This document shows, piece by piece, positions 60,751 to 64,000 of a stretch of DNA of 64,000 nt. Origin of the DNA: Alphaproteobacteria bacterium. GTDB taxonomy: Bacteria; Pseudomonadota; Alphaproteobacteria; MPNO01. The notes under the pieces were generated by a model. The model made no database searches. It saw nothing but the letters and a program-made list of their open reading frames with translations, and was not told the origin of the DNA. Location: the NCBI GenBank assembly GCA_965248835.1, contig CBDFLJ010000002.1, positions 2,304,001-2,368,000 of the forward strand, written 5' to 3'. The position numbers were made by a program, and so were the translations under genes. The stretch's first letter is position 1; every line of letters starts with the position of its first letter.

Positions 60751-62010
60751 TCAACGCCGAACCGTCAGTGCGCACTGCGCGGCGCGGCCGACCACCATCC
60801 GGGCCAGCCGCGAGAGCGTCCGTTCATCGACCCCGGGTTGCATCAGCGCGCCGGCGACGCCTTCTGCCAGGGTTTGCACGCTTGCGCCGATCTCGCCGAT
60901 CCGGCGGCGGACCAACGGCAGGCCGAGGCCCGCATCGGCCGCGAACGCCGCCCAGGCCTCGGCATCCATCTCGGCGAGCGTCGCGCGCTTGCCGATCTTC
61001 ATCGCCAGCCTGGGCGAAAGTTGGGGATAGGCGGGCGTCGCCAGAAGGTCGTAGAGCGGCGCGAGGCGCGGGCCGGCCTCATCGTACAGCAGGGAGAAGT
61101 TCTTGCCGTGCGCATCGGCGTTGCCGGCGATCAGATTGAAGATCACCGCGTCGAGCAGCTTCAGCACATCAACCGCGGGCCGCGACGCGAGGCGGCGAAG
61201 GATCGCGAAGCAATCCTCGAAGGCCGGGCCGCCCTCGCTTGGGTATTTCAACTCCGGGGCGACGCCGAGCGCCTGGCAAAAGTCCTCCTGGTGAACCCGG
61301 CGGGCGATGCCCTCGGCACCGGCCGATCGGTCGTAGCGCTCGACCAGCAGGAACGTGCGATCCCGCACCACGCGCGCCTCCACCGGCGCGACATCGAGAC
61401 CTGCCGCCGCGGCGAGGCGCATCACGAAGGCCTCGTTCTCGGTCGTGCCGAGAAAGCGCGCGATCGGCGGCTTGAGAATGTGGGTCGTCGGAACCGCTTG
61501 TACGGGCAACGCGACCGCGCCGTCGACCACGACCACCGGCAGCTTCGATTGCGCGCCGGCAAGCGAAAGTCTCAGCCCCCCTTCACCGGCCAGCAGCGGA
61601 CGCACCGGCAGCGTATCGAGCACACGGATCAGGCCCGCCTCGTCGAGCGGCTGCGGCCGCAGGCCCGGAGCGGGCGCCGCCGGCGGTGCTCCGGGCGGCA
61701 GAAGCTGAAGCGCGCCGGCGACATCGCCGCCGAGCCGATCGAGAAGGGCGAAATCATTGGCGCTTGAAACGCCGAGAACTTGCGCCGCCGCATCCCGCTG
61801 GCTTTCCTCGGGCAGCAGGCCGCCGAAAAACGGACGGCATTCGCGGCGGGAATAGGGCATTTCGCGCTTGGGCAAGGAGGCCGACAGGGCCGGAGCGTCC
61901 TCCTGGCCAAGCCAACCGGCCGCGTAGACGAAGCCGAGATCGCCGTGCCAGTCCTGTGTCAGCCGGCCGACATGCCGGCCTTCCCACCAGACATCGAGAA
62001 CACGGTTCAT
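60751..62010 (-). CDS. hipA: HipA-family Ser/Thr kinase toxin
   Basis: LSLAGAQSK, HQEDFCQAL, NADAHGKNFS, LAPLYDL. Confidence 0.94.
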   Translation of the reverse strand: MNRVLDVWWEGRHVGRLTQDWHGDLGFVYAAGWLGQEDAPALSASLPKREMPYSRRECRPFFGGLLPEESQRDAAAQVLGVSSANDFALLDRLGGDVAGALQLLPPGAPPAAPAPGLRPQPLDEAGLIRVLDTLPVRPLLAGEGGLRLSLAGAQSKLPVVVVDGAVALPVQAVPTTHILKPPIARFLGTTENEAFVMRLAAAAGLDVAPVEARVVRDRTFLLVERYDRSAGAEGIARRVHQEDFCQALGVAPELKYPSEGGPAFEDCFAILRRLASRPAVDVLKLLDAVIFNLIAGNADAHGKNFSLLYDEAGPRLAPLYDLLATPAYPQLSPRLAMKIGKRATLAEMDAEAWAAFAADAGLGLPLVRRRIGEIGASVQTLAEGVAGALMQPGVDERTLSRLARMVVGRAAQCALTVRR

Positions 62011-62255
62011 CGCTTCGCGTTGCGCACGCCGTCGGCTTCCGGAGGCGGTGCGATGTCAAACGAGCAGCCCAGCGCCTGCAGCACCTGGAGCGCTTTGCCG
62101 AGCTGCACGGTGGGTTTTCCGGCTTCGAGATCGACGATGAAGCGCAGCCCGACGCCCGCCGCCCCGGCGAGCTCATACTGCCGCAGGCCAGCGGCTTTGC
62201 GGGCGGCGCGGACGATACGGCCGATCTCGGCCGGGGTCAGGGTTCGCTGAGACAT
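62007..62255 (-). CDS. hipB: HipB-like HTH antitoxin
   Basis: LRQYELAGAAGVGLRFIVDLEAGKPT; ATGA overlap with hipA. Confidence 0.88.
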   Translation of the reverse strand: MSQRTLTPAEIGRIVRAARKAAGLRQYELAGAAGVGLRFIVDLEAGKPTVQLGKALQVLQALGCSFDIAPPPEADGVRNAKR

Positions 62256-62260
62256 GATAT

Positions 62261-62325
62261 TTACCGATCGGGAATATATTCGGAATCTTCAGGCGTGTCA
62301 ACAAAATTAGCCCGATCGGGAATAT
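62261..62325 (-). promoter_or_regulatory. Sigma70 promoter with two operator palindromes for the hipBA operon
   Basis: Minus strand TTGACA-17 nt-TATATT; ccgatcgggaatat at 62264 and 62312. Confidence 0.8.
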
Positions 62326-62750
62326 TGAGAGCATCCGGCGTTCAAGAATCAGTAAATGCCCCGTCCGGGAATGTCACGCGGTTTCGCGTAACGCGTCCTC
62401 GCCAAATACCCGGCAATCCTGCGTGCAGCCGTATCATCGCCGAGGTGCTGCGATGGCCGACGATCGCCGGGCCTTCCGCCGGGTTCGGCGTCAATCAGGC
62501 GATGGTCCGCCCGGCCAGCGCCTCACGGCCGGCATGCCGGTCCTGGGGCAAACGAGCCGAGATTTTCGCGCTGCCAGTGGTCCAACATCGGGGGCAAGTC
62601 CTTCCTCCTGGCTCCAAGACCCGAGGATGGACCGATTCGATGGGGGAGGATCGGCTGCGCGGCAAGCCGACGAAGCCCGCCGGATGTGCGAGCCGGGTGA
62701 GGTCCGTGTGTTGCCCGCGGCGTCTGGGACCGGGAAAACGCGACGCCCGC

Positions 62751-62880
62751 TCATGGATAGATCAAAGCGCCCCGACCGAGGAGCGTTTCGTTCTCGAGCG
62801 CATCGAAGATGGTTTCCACTTCCGCGAGGGGCACGCGCATACCGACGACGGGCTCCACCAGCCCGCGCGCCCTGATGACG
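62751..62880 (-). pseudogene. C-terminal fragment, possibly of a zinc-binding dehydrogenase
   Basis: EPVVGMRVPLAEVETIFDALE..LLGRGALIY. Confidence 0.4.
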
Positions 62881-62901
62881 GCATGACTCACGGCGGCGGG
62901 C

Positions 62902-63342
62902 TCAGACCCGGCCCGCGGTGGCGGACTGCGCAAGGTTCAGGCTGCGGATGAACTCGATCAGAAAGGCGGTAGTCAGGCCGAACAGGATCAGCCCGTCGGC
63001 GGCCAGCAGGCCGGACATCAGCCGGTACGGCCTGTCGAGGATGATGTCGCCGAACCCGAGCGTCGTGAAGGCGACGAGGGAAAAGTACACCGCAGTCTCC
63101 AGATCGGCCAGCGCACCGGTCCGATAGAAATAAAGCGCCCAGATCCACACGCTCACGCTCATGCCCGCCAGCAGCCACAGCGAGACGCCGCAGAAGGCGC
63201 CGGCGAGCTTGGGAAATTGCGGCCGACGGCCCAGCCAGCCCCCGCACCGCCGGAGCGCCCACACCGCGAAGGCCATGAACCCGGCCTGAATCGCGATGCT
63301 CAGCAGGATCAGCGCCGATCCGGACACGAGCTGAGCGATCAT
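62902..63342 (-). CDS. Ion_trans_2 (potassium-channel pore domain) protein
   Basis: YFSLVAFTTLGFGDI selectivity-filter-like motif. Confidence 0.85.
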   Translation of the reverse strand: MIAQLVSGSALILLSIAIQAGFMAFAVWALRRCGGWLGRRPQFPKLAGAFCGVSLWLLAGMSVSVWIWALYFYRTGALADLETAVYFSLVAFTTLGFGDIILDRPYRLMSGLLAADGLILFGLTTAFLIEFIRSLNLAQSATAGRV

Positions 63343-63720
63343 GGGGTATCCTTCTCCTCGCTTGGCACCGCCGGAGCGCCGGGTTTGCCGGCTTCCGGCC
63401 GGGTCTCCAGGCCGGACCCTTCCTGCGCGACAACACATAGATCGCCGAACCGCGGGGGGAAAGTCCGCGCCCCGCTCCTCGATCCCGTCGACCTCCGCGG
63501 GATTTCCTGCACCAGCCGGGCGGTTCTCACCCTCCTGCCCCGTCGGACGACCCGGGCCACTGGCTCACCAACCTGGAGGCGCTGTCGCCCGCCGCGCCCA
63601 TGGTGCAGGCCGCGCTCTACAAGCTCGTGCTCGACCGCAAGGCCGGCGAATAGGAACCGCACGGAGACGGCTGCGCCGGACAGCTGCGCCGGACGTCCAT
63701 GGACGCCCCCTATTTTCCTT

Positions 63721-64000
63721 TCAACCGCGCTTGGCGCGAATGAACCATGCCGGGATGACCGCTGCGAACCCGACGATGGCCAAAACGAGAAATCCGTCAC
63801 GATAGGCCAGCATCTGGGCCTGGTGGGCCACCGTCTGGAACAGGTAGAACAATGACGATGGTCCTTGGATCATTTCCGGCAGGCCGGCGTTTTCGAGCAA
63901 GCGGCGAAGCGCCTCGAGATGCTCCGTCGCCGCGGCATTACCCTCGGTCAAGGTCGCCGCGAGGTGGTCGCGGTAAAGGACGCTGCGCTGATCGGTCGAG
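63721..64000 (-). CDS. DHA2/EmrB-family MFS transporter, C-terminal part (partial)
   Basis: QAQMLAYRDGF plus final TM helix; runs off the window edge. Confidence 0.7.
   Translation of the reverse strand, partial: STDQRSVLYRDHLAATLTEGNAAATEHLEALRRLLENAGLPEMIQGPSSLFYLFQTVAHQAQMLAYRDGFLVLAIVGFAAVIPAWFIRAKRG

Overview
GC-rich (alphaproteobacterial-like) mosaic accessory region dense in IS remnants, gene fragments, toxin-antitoxin and anti-phage genes. It opens with a 2-oxoacid/acetoin dehydrogenase E1-beta, a lipoyl carrier and a lipoate ligase. A 7.8 kb inverted duplication of a MobF (TrwC-like) mobilisation module follows; its outer ends look like IS256-family terminal repeats. Defence and TA content: a NYN nuclease behind a double-hairpin/terminator leader, two HigBA pairs, FitAB, a DUF433/PIN pair, a complete type I R-M operon with an inserted putative nuclease, RloAB/AbiL, and a hipB-hipA-SIR2-large partner operon resembling a naturally split DSR1. 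Also present are an AT-rich phage-like patch interrupted by an intact IS630, nested IS5 elements with resolvable target duplications, a tRNA-fMet 3' att remnant and scattered metabolic genes. All family assignments come from motif recognition by eye; no database searches were run.
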